DNA of 64,000 nucleotides from Candidatus Eiseniibacteriota bacterium (GTDB lineage Bacteria; Eisenbacteria; RBG-16-71-46): NCBI GenBank assembly GCA_963717935.1, contig CAVQXP010000004.1, positions 1,984,001 to 2,048,000 of the forward strand, read 5' to 3'. Shown piece by piece: positions 1 to 8,733 of this stretch (position 1 is its first letter; each line of letters starts with the position of its first letter). The notes under the pieces were generated by a model. It saw only the letters and a program-made list of their open reading frames with translations, ran no database searches and was not told where the DNA came from. The position numbers and the translations under genes were made by a program.

Positions 1-9
1 CGAACTGGC

Positions 10-396
10 GTGACGCGCCGCCCCCGTCCGTCCGCCGGACCCGACCCCGTCGTCGTGCTGAGGGCCGCGGCCCGCGCCGCGCTCGCGAAGAAGGCGCACG
101 ACGTGGTGGCGCTGGATCTGCGCGGGCTCAACGCGGTGTGCGAGCATTTCCTGCTGTGCTCGGCGTCGAGCGATGTCCAGGTGAAGGCCGTGGCGGAGAA
201 CATCGAGGAAGTACTGCGCGAGCAGGGCCTGCGGCCGTGGCACGTCGAGGGGCTGAAGGGCCGCCGCTGGGTGCTGCTCGATTACGTGGGGCTCGTGATC
301 CACGTGTTTCACGAGAAGACCCGCGAGTACTACCTGCTCGACCGGCTCTGGGGCGACGCGAGGAGCGTGGATCTTGGTCTGGAAGGAACTGACTGA
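10..396 (+). CDS. rsfS: Ribosome silencing factor RsfS (Iojap/YbeB family)
   Basis: 128 aa with KKAHDVVALD, HVEG...WVLLDY...IHVF...REYYLLDRLW motifs typical of RsfS. Confidence 0.95.
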   Translation: MTRRPRPSAGPDPVVVLRAAARAALAKKAHDVVALDLRGLNAVCEHFLLCSASSDVQVKAVAENIEEVLREQGLRPWHVEGLKGRRWVLLDYVGLVIHVFHEKTREYYLLDRLWGDARSVDLGLEGTD

Positions 397-2113
397 GGGT
401 CTGGCCGCAGCGTTGCGCGAGACGGGACTGCACACCCCCGAGCGCATGGCGCGGCTCGAGCTCTCCATCCCGCGCGAGAGCGCGCACGGGGACTGGACCA
501 CCAATCTCGCGCTCCTGATCGCGAGGGAAGTCCGGCGGCCGCCACGCGCGGTGGCCGAGGCCCTGGCGGCCGCGTTCCCACAGGATCCCTCGACCTTCGC
601 GAGCGTCGAGGTCGCGGGCCCGGGGTTCGTGAACTTCCGCTACAGCGAGGCGTTCCTGGACCGCCTGCCCGGGCTCATCGTGGAGGCCGGCGGGGCGTTC
701 GGCTCGAGCGTGGGCGGGGCGGGGGCGCGGGTGCTCGTGGAGTACGTGAGCGCGAACCCGACGGGGCCCCTGAACATCGTGAGCGCGCGGGCGGCCGCGG
801 TGGGCGCGACGCTGGTGCGGCTGCTCAGGGCGACCGGGCACGACGCTGCGGGCGAGTTCTACGTCAACGACGCAGGCCGCCAGGTGGACCTGCTCGGCCA
901 GTCGGTGGCGGCGCGCTTCGCCGAGGCCGCCGGGCTGGAGCGAGCGTTCCCGGTGGATGGCTACGAGGGCGAGTACGTGCGGGAGATCGCCGCTTCACTG
1001 CCCCCGGATGCCGCGCGCGCGGCCCTCGACGCTCCCGGAGGCGCGGCGTGGTTCCGCGACCAGGCCCTCGAACAGATGGTGCGCGAGCAGCGCCGGGACC
1101 TGGACGAGTACGGCGCCGAGTTCGCGCAATGGTTCCGGGAGTCGGAGCTGCACCGGTCGAAGGCGGTGGAGGAGACGCTGCGGGCGCTCGAGGCGCGCGG
1201 CATGACGTATCGCGCCCGGCTCCCGGAGGTGGATCGCACCGGGGACGGGGTGACCGGGGGCGCTGCGGAGCTCGAGGAGGCGACGTACCTGCGCACCGGG
1301 CGCTTCGGCGATGACAAGGACCGGGTGATCGTGCGCAGTGACGGCTCTCCCACGTACCTGCTCCCGGATCTCGCCTACCACCGCGACAAGCGAGGCCGTG
1401 GCTACGCGGTTGCCATCGACCTCTGGGGCCCCGACCACCACGCCTATGTCACCACCATGAAGGCGGCGCTGGCCGCGCTGGGGATCGAGGGCGACTTCCT
1501 GGAGGTGCTCATCGTGCAGCAGGTGAATCTGTGGGAGACGGGTGCGGACGGCCGCCGGGAGCAGGTCAAGATGAGCAAACGGCGTGGCCGGATCGTGATG
1601 CTGCGCGACCTGGTCGAGGACATCGGGGCCGAATGCGCGCGGTTCTTCTTCCTGATGCGCTCCACCAACGCCCACCTGGACTTCGACCTGGACGTGGCAC
1701 GGCGCCAGAACGACGAGAACCCGGCCTTCTACGTCCAGTACGCGCATGCGCGCATCGCGTCGATCCTGCGCTACGCCGCCGAGCGCGATCTGCGGCCCGC
1801 GGAGGCGGGTGCCCTGCGGCTCTCCGCCGCGGAAGAGGTGGCGCTGGCGCGGCGCCTGGCCGTCTTCCCGGAACTCGTGCGCGGGGCGGCGGCCGCGCGG
1901 GAGCCGCACCGCCTGCCTGCCTACCTCGTGGAGACGGCGGCGGAGTTCCACCGCTTCTATCACGCCTGCCGGGTGGTCGGGGAGGACACCGCCGTCACCC
2001 GTGGGCGACTCCTGCTCGCCGAGGCGGCCCGCACCGTGCTCGCGAACGGGCTCGCGCTGATGGGCGTGTCGGCCCCCGAGCGGATGGAGCGCGCGACGGA
2101 GGCCCCGGCATGA
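374..2113 (+). CDS. argS: Arginine--tRNA ligase
   Basis: HGDWTTN, AGPGFVN, EYVSANPTGP, WGPDHH, KMSKRRG, YVQYAHARIASI and MGVSAPERM C-terminus; HIGH position reads NIVS. Confidence 0.95.
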   Translation: MVWKELTEGLAAALRETGLHTPERMARLELSIPRESAHGDWTTNLALLIAREVRRPPRAVAEALAAAFPQDPSTFASVEVAGPGFVNFRYSEAFLDRLPGLIVEAGGAFGSSVGGAGARVLVEYVSANPTGPLNIVSARAAAVGATLVRLLRATGHDAAGEFYVNDAGRQVDLLGQSVAARFAEAAGLERAFPVDGYEGEYVREIAASLPPDAARAALDAPGGAAWFRDQALEQMVREQRRDLDEYGAEFAQWFRESELHRSKAVEETLRALEARGMTYRARLPEVDRTGDGVTGGAAELEEATYLRTGRFGDDKDRVIVRSDGSPTYLLPDLAYHRDKRGRGYAVAIDLWGPDHHAYVTTMKAALAALGIEGDFLEVLIVQQVNLWETGADGRREQVKMSKRRGRIVMLRDLVEDIGAECARFFFLMRSTNAHLDFDLDVARRQNDENPAFYVQYAHARIASILRYAAERDLRPAEAGALRLSAAEEVALARRLAVFPELVRGAAAAREPHRLPAYLVETAAEFHRFYHACRVVGEDTAVTRGRLLLAEAARTVLANGLALMGVSAPERMERATEAPA

Positions 2114-3039
2114 GCGCCCGGCCCGACATCCTGGTGGTCGGCTCGGTCGCCCTCGACTCGGTACGCACGCCGTACGGCGAGACGGTGGAGGCGCTGGGCG
2201 GCTCGGCCTCGTATTTCTCCCTCTCGGCAAGCCAGTTCGCCCCGGTGAGCGTCGTCGCCGTGGTGGGTGAGGACTTCCCGGCGGAGCACCGCGCGCTCTT
2301 CGAGAGCCGTGGCGTCGACCTCTCGGGGCTGGAGACCGCGCCGGGACGCACCTTCCGGTGGCGGGGCGAGTACGGGCCGGAGCTGGCCCATGCGCACACG
2401 CTCGAGACCCAGCTGAACGTCTTCTCCACGTTCCACCCGCAGGTCGGGGAGCAGCACCGCGGCTGCCCGTACGTCTTCCTCGCGAACATCGACCCCGAAC
2501 TGCAACTGGAGGTGCTCCAGCAGATGGGGAAGCCCCGGCTCACCCTCAGCGACACCATGGACTACTGGATCGCGCGCAAGCCGGACCTGGTGCTGGAGGT
2601 GCTGAGACGCGTGGACGTGGCCTTGCTGAACGAGGAGGAGGCCCGTGCGCTGGCCGGGGAGAGCCTCCTCGTGCGCGCGGCGGATCGGCTGCTCGAGCAG
2701 GGCGCGAAGGCCGTCATCATCAAGAAGGGCGAGCACGGGGCCCTCTTCCGCACGGCCGAGGAGCGCTTCGTCATCCCGGCCTTCCCGGTGGACGCGATCC
2801 GGGACCCCACCGGCGCCGGCGACTCCTTTGCGGGCGGGTTCCTGGGGTGGGTGGCGCGGTGTGGCCGGACCGATGGGGGCATGCTCCAGCAGGCGATGGC
2901 CTGCGGGACGACCATGGCCTCGCTGGCGATCGAGGACTTCAGCCCCCGGCGCCTTGCCGAGACGGGGCCGGAAGAGATCGCCCGGCGGGTCGCCCTGCTG
3001 CACCGCATGGTGCATTTCGACCTCGAGCCGCTGTCCTAG
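2110..3039 (+). CDS. PfkB/ribokinase-family carbohydrate or nucleoside kinase
   Basis: ATG 2110 overlaps argS stop; GSVALDS, GGSASY, NEEEA, KKGEHG, DPTGAGDSFAGG anion-hole motif. Confidence 0.9.
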   Translation: MSARPDILVVGSVALDSVRTPYGETVEALGGSASYFSLSASQFAPVSVVAVVGEDFPAEHRALFESRGVDLSGLETAPGRTFRWRGEYGPELAHAHTLETQLNVFSTFHPQVGEQHRGCPYVFLANIDPELQLEVLQQMGKPRLTLSDTMDYWIARKPDLVLEVLRRVDVALLNEEEARALAGESLLVRAADRLLEQGAKAVIIKKGEHGALFRTAEERFVIPAFPVDAIRDPTGAGDSFAGGFLGWVARCGRTDGGMLQQAMACGTTMASLAIEDFSPRRLAETGPEEIARRVALLHRMVHFDLEPLS

Positions 3040-3169
3040 CTGCGCGGCGGCCGCGGGTTAGCCGCGCCTTCTCACGTCGGACACGAAGCCCGCAGTCGAC
3101 CGTAGCAGCGTCGCTGGACGCTGTGCTAGGATACGTCGTCGGCCCCCCCCCTGCCGGTAAGGAGAACAG

Positions 3170-3901
3170 GTGTTGGAAGACACGCGTATGTCATGGACGA
3201 CGGACGCTGAGAACGGGATTCGTGGCCTGCCGGACGTGGAGGACGCGAAGATCCTGGTCGAAGACGGTGAGATTCGCGAGGTCCACGTGATCTCGGCTGC
3301 CGGGAAACCGGCCAAGCTCATCGTGAAGGATGTGGTGGGTTTGATCTGGACCCGTTACAACCGGCGGATCGACCACCGCATCGTCGGGGTGGTTCGCATG
3401 CGGCCCCAGGCGAACGTCACTGCGAAGGCCGAGCCCTTGTCCGTCCCGGAAGAGCCCGCTCCGGTGCTGGAGGACGCGAGCCGCATCCGCTTCGGGAGCG
3501 TCAATCTCTACATGGATGGCGCGCGCGCCCAGGCGCAGGTGGAATTGCGCTGGAAGGGCGTGCTGCGCATGGGGAGCGCCTCCGGCTGGTGCTCGCGGGA
3601 GGGCGCCCACCGGCTGGTGGCGGCCGCGACCCTGACGGCGCTGCAGGAGTTCCTCGACGACGACGTCGCGCTGGGAGTCGAGGGGGTGGACGTGGTACGG
3701 ATGGGCGGGCACGAGGTCGCGATCGTGGGCCTCGCGCTGCTCACGCACCGGCAGGAGAAGCTCCTGACGGGTTGCTGCACGGTGGGCCGGGACCTCCCGC
3801 AGGCGGTCGTCCTGGCCACCCTCTCGGCTTTGAATCGTGTGATCGGCGGCCTGAAGACGAAGGAGCCGATCGAGTACATCTTGAGACCGGTATCGACCTA
3901 G
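3170..3901 (+). CDS. Conserved hypothetical protein (N-terminal REVHV...IDHRIV domain; C-terminal region resembling a LeuA allosteric-type fold)
   Basis: TAAGGAG RBS at 3158-3164 before GTG 3170 (alternative ATG 3188); ends with VLATLSALNR; fold similarity is by eye only. Confidence 0.75.
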   Translation: MLEDTRMSWTTDAENGIRGLPDVEDAKILVEDGEIREVHVISAAGKPAKLIVKDVVGLIWTRYNRRIDHRIVGVVRMRPQANVTAKAEPLSVPEEPAPVLEDASRIRFGSVNLYMDGARAQAQVELRWKGVLRMGSASGWCSREGAHRLVAAATLTALQEFLDDDVALGVEGVDVVRMGGHEVAIVGLALLTHRQEKLLTGCCTVGRDLPQAVVLATLSALNRVIGGLKTKEPIEYILRPVST

Positions 3902-4003
3902 GAGCCAGCGGAGCGAGAAGACACGCGAGAAGCGAAGCGGAGCCACCTGTCGGGAAGATGGACGTACCCGCAGAATCCCTTGCCAAGTAAGGAGGTGGGC
4001 TTC

Positions 4004-4054
4004 GTGGATCTCATTCTCGTGCTCTTGGAATTCTTCGGCCGCGCGGGCTGGTAA
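4004..4054 (+). CDS. Unannotated 16-aa hydrophobic peptide MDLILVLLEFFGRAGW
   Basis: TAAGGAGGTG at 3988-3997, 6 nt before GTG 4004; TAA at 4052-4054; hairpin 4056-4080 follows; below ORF-track size cutoff. Confidence 0.75.
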   Translation: MDLILVLLEFFGRAGW

Positions 4055-4158
4055 TCTCGGTCCGCCTGTCCGGACCTGAGCAGTAAGCTCCGAAGTGGAT
4101 GCCGGTCTCTCCATCCTCCGCTTGCGGAACGACACCCGCCCTCCATGACCGACGACGC

Positions 4159-5484
4159 ATGAGCGACTCACCGGCTGCGATCCACCCGCGGGCCTTCCGC
4201 ATCTACTATGCGCTGGTGGTGCTGGCCGCTGCCGCCTTCTTCATACTGGCCACGCCCGCGGCCGGCCCGCCGAGGCTGGTGGCGCTCGGTGTCGTCCTGG
4301 CGTTGATGGTCCTGAGCGAGGCTCGCCCCGTGCCGCTACCCAGCGGCGGCTACGCGACCGGCAGCGCGGTGCTCGACCTCGCGTCGATCATCATCCTGGG
4401 TCCCGTGTGGACCGCCTGGGTGGACCTGGCGAGCACGGTGGTCGTGCAGGGGGTCATACTGCGCAGGCCCCTGGTGCGTGTGACGCACAACGTGGCCATC
4501 TTCGCGCTCACCTCGTTCGCGGCGGGGTACGCCTTTCTCGCTGCCGGCGGCCAGGTGGGCGCCCTGGCGTTCCCGCGGCACATCGTGCCCCTGTTGGTGT
4601 GCGGGGGCGTCTACTTCCTCTGCAACTCGGCCTTCGTCTCGACCGTGCTCGGGCTCACCGCCGGCCCCGGCCCGTGGCGGATCTGGCAGCGCAACTTCCT
4701 GCAGGGAATCCTCCACCACCTCTCCTTCGTCGCGCTCGGCACGCTTGTGGCTGTGGTCTACTTCAGCGCCGGGCCCTGGGGACTCGTGCTGGTGGGCATC
4801 CCGTTCCTGGTCGCGCGGCACTCGTTCGGCGTGTACATGGAGATCCGCGCCGACCTCAAGGACTTCGTACGTGCCCTGTCCGAGGTGTTGGAGGAAGTGG
4901 ACCCGTACACCCGGCACCACTCGCACCGGGTGGCCCAGTACACGGTGCGGCTGGCGCGCGGGATGAGGCTCTCCGAGCGCGAGGTCGAGGAGATCGAGTA
5001 CGCGGCCCTGGTGCACGATCTGGGCAAGATCGGTCCGCAGCACCAGCATATCCTGCAGAAGCCGGGCTCGCTCTCGCACGAGGAGCAGCGCACGCTGCGC
5101 GCGCACCCGGCCGCCGGGGCCGAGATCGTGGCGCGGGTGCGGGCGCTGCGGCGCTCGGCCGAGATCGTGCGGACGCATCACGAGCGGCCCGACGGGCAGG
5201 GCTATCCGCTCGGCCTGCGCGCGGCGGACGTGCCCGTGGGGGCGCGCATCCTGAACGTCTCGGACGCCTTCGACGCGATGACCTCGGACCGCCCGTACCG
5301 GCGTGCGCTGTCGGTGGTTGCCGCGCTGGAGGAACTGCGGCGCGGCGCGGACTCCCAGTTCGACCGCACGGTGGTGGAGTGCCTGCTGCGCCTGCAGGCG
5401 GCCGGGCAGTTCCCCCTCATCCCGAGCCCCACGAGCGAGGATCTCCAGTTGCTCCGCCTGAAGCCCCGCGAGGCCGAGGGCTGA
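4159..5484 (+). CDS. Membrane-anchored HD-GYP cyclic-dinucleotide phosphodiesterase with N-terminal multi-TM (MASE9-like) sensor domain
   Basis: About 230 aa hydrophobic N-terminus, then DPYTRHHSHRV, HDLGKIG, HHERPDGQGYP, DAFDAMTSDRPYR. Confidence 0.9.
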   Translation: MSDSPAAIHPRAFRIYYALVVLAAAAFFILATPAAGPPRLVALGVVLALMVLSEARPVPLPSGGYATGSAVLDLASIIILGPVWTAWVDLASTVVVQGVILRRPLVRVTHNVAIFALTSFAAGYAFLAAGGQVGALAFPRHIVPLLVCGGVYFLCNSAFVSTVLGLTAGPGPWRIWQRNFLQGILHHLSFVALGTLVAVVYFSAGPWGLVLVGIPFLVARHSFGVYMEIRADLKDFVRALSEVLEEVDPYTRHHSHRVAQYTVRLARGMRLSEREVEEIEYAALVHDLGKIGPQHQHILQKPGSLSHEEQRTLRAHPAAGAEIVARVRALRRSAEIVRTHHERPDGQGYPLGLRAADVPVGARILNVSDAFDAMTSDRPYRRALSVVAALEELRRGADSQFDRTVVECLLRLQAAGQFPLIPSPTSEDLQLLRLKPREAEG

Positions 5485-6524
5485 TGCGCTACCGGGACGC
5501 CGGGGTGGACATCGCGCGGGCGGAAGGGCTCAAGCGGCGCCTCGGCCAGGCCGCGCGCTCGACCTGGCGAACGGGCGTGGCGCGGCTGCCGGGCGGCTTC
5601 GCCGGGGTGATGGATTTCCCCGCCGCGGGGAGCGGACGACAGACCCTGCTGGCCGCGAGCATGGACGGCGTGGGCACGAAGCTCCATCTCGCCCTGGCCG
5701 CCGGCCGCGTCGCGGACGCGGCCGGGGATCTCGTTTACCACGGAGCGAATGACGTGCTCGTGCACGGTGCGAGCCCGCTGGCCTTCCTCGACTACATCGC
5801 CCAGTCGCGGCTCGACCCGGAGGTCGTGCTGGCGGCCGTGGAAGGGATCGCGCTCGCCTGCCGGAAGGTCGGGGCGGTGCTCCTGGGTGGAGAGACGGCA
5901 GAGATGCCGGATACCTACCTGCCCGGGGTGGTGGATGTCGCCGGCTGCATGCTGGGTACGGTGCCGGAAGGCGGGTTGCTGGACGGCAGCGCGGTGCGCC
6001 CGGGCGATGCGGTGCTGGGACTCGCGGCGGCGGGACTGCACACGAACGGGTACTCCCTGGCTCGCGCGGTGCTCGGGCGTTCGGGCCTGGGGTTGGACGA
6101 TCGGCTCCCGGGGGGCGCGGGAGAGACGCTCGGAGAGGCGCTGCTCGCCCCCCATCGCTGGTACGGGCCCGCGCTCGGTCCCGCGCTCGGGGCGCGCCGC
6201 GTGCACGCGCTGGCGCATGTGACCGGCGGTGGCATCGCTGGCAACCTGGTGCGTGTGCTGCCGGCCGGCTGCCGGGCGCGCGTCCACGCCTCGGCGTGGG
6301 AGCGCCCGGCTCTCGTTCGCTGGCTCGTCGAGACGGGCGAGGTCCCGGAGGGCGATGCCCGGGACACCCTGAACCTGGGCATCGGCATGGTGGTGGTGTG
6401 TGCCCCCGAGGAGGCGGACCGGCTCGCGCGCGATCTGGCGCGGGCCGGCGAGCGCGTCTTTCCGCTGGGCTCGGTGCTTGCCGGCGAGCGCGGCGTGGAG
6501 TGGACGGAGGATCCAGGCCCGTGA
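5484..6524 (+). CDS. purM: Phosphoribosylformylglycinamidine cyclo-ligase (AIR synthetase)
   Basis: YRDAGVDI, DGVGTKL, GGETAEMP, GLHTNGYSL, HVTGGG, NLGIGM; TGATG overlap with HD-GYP stop. Confidence 0.95.
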   Translation: MRYRDAGVDIARAEGLKRRLGQAARSTWRTGVARLPGGFAGVMDFPAAGSGRQTLLAASMDGVGTKLHLALAAGRVADAAGDLVYHGANDVLVHGASPLAFLDYIAQSRLDPEVVLAAVEGIALACRKVGAVLLGGETAEMPDTYLPGVVDVAGCMLGTVPEGGLLDGSAVRPGDAVLGLAAAGLHTNGYSLARAVLGRSGLGLDDRLPGGAGETLGEALLAPHRWYGPALGPALGARRVHALAHVTGGGIAGNLVRVLPAGCRARVHASAWERPALVRWLVETGEVPEGDARDTLNLGIGMVVVCAPEEADRLARDLARAGERVFPLGSVLAGERGVEWTEDPGP

Positions 6525-6570
6525 GGGCCGCCCCGCTGCGTTCCGTGGGGTGGACGGGGGGGACGGGGGG

Positions 6571-7617
6571 ATGGAGCGACTGCGAGGTGAGCGAGAGTTC
6601 GAGCCGTGCGCCGCGAGCGGGGCTCGGGCGGGGATGCCGGCCATGCTGGGGGAGTCAGCGGCCTGGGCGGCCGTGCGGGACGTGCTGCCGCGCGTGGCCC
6701 GGAGCGGACTCCCGGTGGTGGTGCTGGGGGAGACCGGGACCGGCAAGGAGCTGGTTGCGAGGGCGATCCACGTGCTTTCGGCGCGTGCCGGGCAGGTCTT
6801 CGTGGCGCAGAACTGCGGCGCCACGCCCGATACGCTGATCGAGAGCGAGCTCTTCGGCCACAGTCGCGGGGCCTTCACGGGCGCGGTGGCGGACCGGGCG
6901 GGGCTCTTCGAATCCGCCGCCGGGGGCACGCTCTTCCTGGACGAGATCGGGGACGCGAGCGCGCTGCTGCAGATGAAGCTGCTGCGCGTCCTGCAGGAGG
7001 GCGAGGCCCGGCGGGTGGGCGACACGCGCCTGCGCCGGGTGGACGTGCGGGTGGTCTCGGCCACGCACCGCTGCCTCGAGGAGGCCGTCGCGGGCGGGGC
7101 CTTCCGGGCGGACCTCTTCTTCCGCCTGAACGCGGTCCGGGTGCGCCTGCCGCCGTTGCGCGAGCGCGGCGACGACGTGCTGCTCCTGGCGCGGCATTTC
7201 CTGGCGGCGGCCGCCGCGGAGCTGGGGCAGGACCCACCCGAGCCTGGACCGGCGCTGGCCGACCACCTGCGGGCGTATCCGTGGCCGGGGAACGTGCGCG
7301 AGCTGGCGAACGCGTGTGCATTCGCCGTGCATGTGGGTGAAGCGCGGGGCCGGGTGGACCTCGAGCACTGGCCCGAGACGCCGGTGCTGCCGGGGGCCGG
7401 GGCGGGGCCCGTGGCGCCCGGGCTTCACGCCGAGACGCGCGCGCTCGAGGAACGCCGGCTGCGGGAGACCCTGCAGCGCACGCGCGGGAACAAGTCGCAG
7501 GCGGCCCGGGCGCTGGGCCTGTCGCGGCAGGGACTGCTGAAGAAGCTGCGGCGCTACGGGTTCACCCGCGCCGAGTCGGCGGCGCTCGCTCTTGACGGTG
7601 CGGGGGGCTCTCCCTAG
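6571..7617 (+). CDS. Sigma-54-dependent enhancer-binding protein (AAA+ plus Fis HTH) lacking an N-terminal sensory domain
   Basis: GETGTGKE, ESELFGH, GAFTGA, FLDEIG, WPGNVREL, GNKSQAARALG; start uncertain. Confidence 0.9.
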   Translation: MERLRGEREFEPCAASGARAGMPAMLGESAAWAAVRDVLPRVARSGLPVVVLGETGTGKELVARAIHVLSARAGQVFVAQNCGATPDTLIESELFGHSRGAFTGAVADRAGLFESAAGGTLFLDEIGDASALLQMKLLRVLQEGEARRVGDTRLRRVDVRVVSATHRCLEEAVAGGAFRADLFFRLNAVRVRLPPLRERGDDVLLLARHFLAAAAAELGQDPPEPGPALADHLRAYPWPGNVRELANACAFAVHVGEARGRVDLEHWPETPVLPGAGAGPVAPGLHAETRALEERRLRETLQRTRGNKSQAARALGLSRQGLLKKLRRYGFTRAESAALALDGAGGSP

Positions 7618-7620
7618 AGT
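7592..7620 (+). promoter_or_regulatory. Putative sigma-70 promoter
   Basis: TTGACG-N17-TAGAGT about 100 bp upstream of the oxidoreductase gene. Confidence 0.55.
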
Positions 7621-7719
7621 GCCCGTTTCGGGAGGACCGACCCGCGGTCCGCCGGGGCGCCCACGGCGTGTGGGGCCGCAGGACCGGCGGGTTCGCAACG
7701 TGCAGGAGGGAGGTAACTC

Positions 7720-8733
7720 GTGGCCCGCAAGACGCTTCGCATCGGGCTCGTCGGCGTAGGGGCCGCGGCTCAGATCAACCACATCCCGGCATTGAAGAGG
7801 ATGGAGGACTTCGAGCTGGTGGCGCTCTGCGATCGCGACGCCGAGAAGGGCGCGCGCGTGGCGCAGAAGTTCCAGGTCCCGAAGTCGTACGGGCGGATCG
7901 AGGAGCTGCTCGGCGACGAGGAAGTGGACGTGGTGAACCTGTGCACGCCGAACTACCTGCACGCGCCCATGGCGGTCGCAGCGCTGGAGGCTGGCAAGCA
8001 CGTGTTCTGCGAGCGCCCGCTCTCGCGCAGCGCGGACGAGGCCGCGGCCATGGTCAAGGCGGCGAAGAAGCACGAGCGGGTCCTCATGTGCTCGGTCCAG
8101 CACCGTTTCCGCCCGGACGCGCAGCTGCTGCGCAAGTTCGTCGAAAAGGGCGACCTGGGTGAGATCTTCTTCGTCAAGGCGGGCTGGCTGCGCCAGCGCA
8201 CGCACTGGGACTCCGACGAGTGGCGCCGGCAGAAGCGCGAATCCGGGGGCGGCGTGATCCTCGACCTCGGCTTCCAGATGCTGGACCAGGCGCTCTGGAT
8301 TCTGGGCGGCCCGAAGGTGGAGTCGGTGACCGCGAGCCTGCACCGGGCCCGCAAGGGTGAGGTGGAGGACAACGCGATCGCGTTCTTCCGTCTGGCGTCC
8401 GGGGCGACCCTCACGCTCGAGGTGACCTGGGGTCTGCTCATGGAGAAGGATTTCGCGTACGTGAACCTGTTCGGCTCGGGCGGGGCGGCGTTGCTCAACC
8501 CGCTGCGCATCCACAAGGGCATGCACGGCACGCTCGTGAACGTGACGCCGCAGGTGGAGACCTCGCGCTTCCAGTACAAGCAGTCCATGGAGGCCCAGTT
8601 CGCCCATTTCGCCGATGCGCTGCGCAAGGGCGGCCAGCCGATGGGGGCGGCGGAGGAGATCCTGCCCGTCATGGAGATGCTGGACGCGGTCTATCGCTCG
8701 GCCGAGCAGGGCAAGGAGGTCCGACTCGCCTAG
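7720..8733 (+). CDS. Gfo/Idh/MocA family oxidoreductase
   Basis: IGLVGVG Rossmann start, CTPNYLH, GKHVFCERP, SGGGVILDLG; GGAGGT RBS upstream. Confidence 0.9.
   Translation: MARKTLRIGLVGVGAAAQINHIPALKRMEDFELVALCDRDAEKGARVAQKFQVPKSYGRIEELLGDEEVDVVNLCTPNYLHAPMAVAALEAGKHVFCERPLSRSADEAAAMVKAAKKHERVLMCSVQHRFRPDAQLLRKFVEKGDLGEIFFVKAGWLRQRTHWDSDEWRRQKRESGGGVILDLGFQMLDQALWILGGPKVESVTASLHRARKGEVEDNAIAFFRLASGATLTLEVTWGLLMEKDFAYVNLFGSGGAALLNPLRIHKGMHGTLVNVTPQVETSRFQYKQSMEAQFAHFADALRKGGQPMGAAEEILPVMEMLDAVYRSAEQGKEVRLA

Noticed and set aside
3176..3927. 11-bp direct repeat GAAGACACGCG at 3176-3186 and 3917-3927
   Set aside because: Only two copies, no mobile-element features; compatible with chance.
3958..3990. 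Tiny ORF MDVPAESLAK whose stop overlaps the peptide gene's SD
   Set aside because: No properly spaced RBS; no support beyond adjacency.
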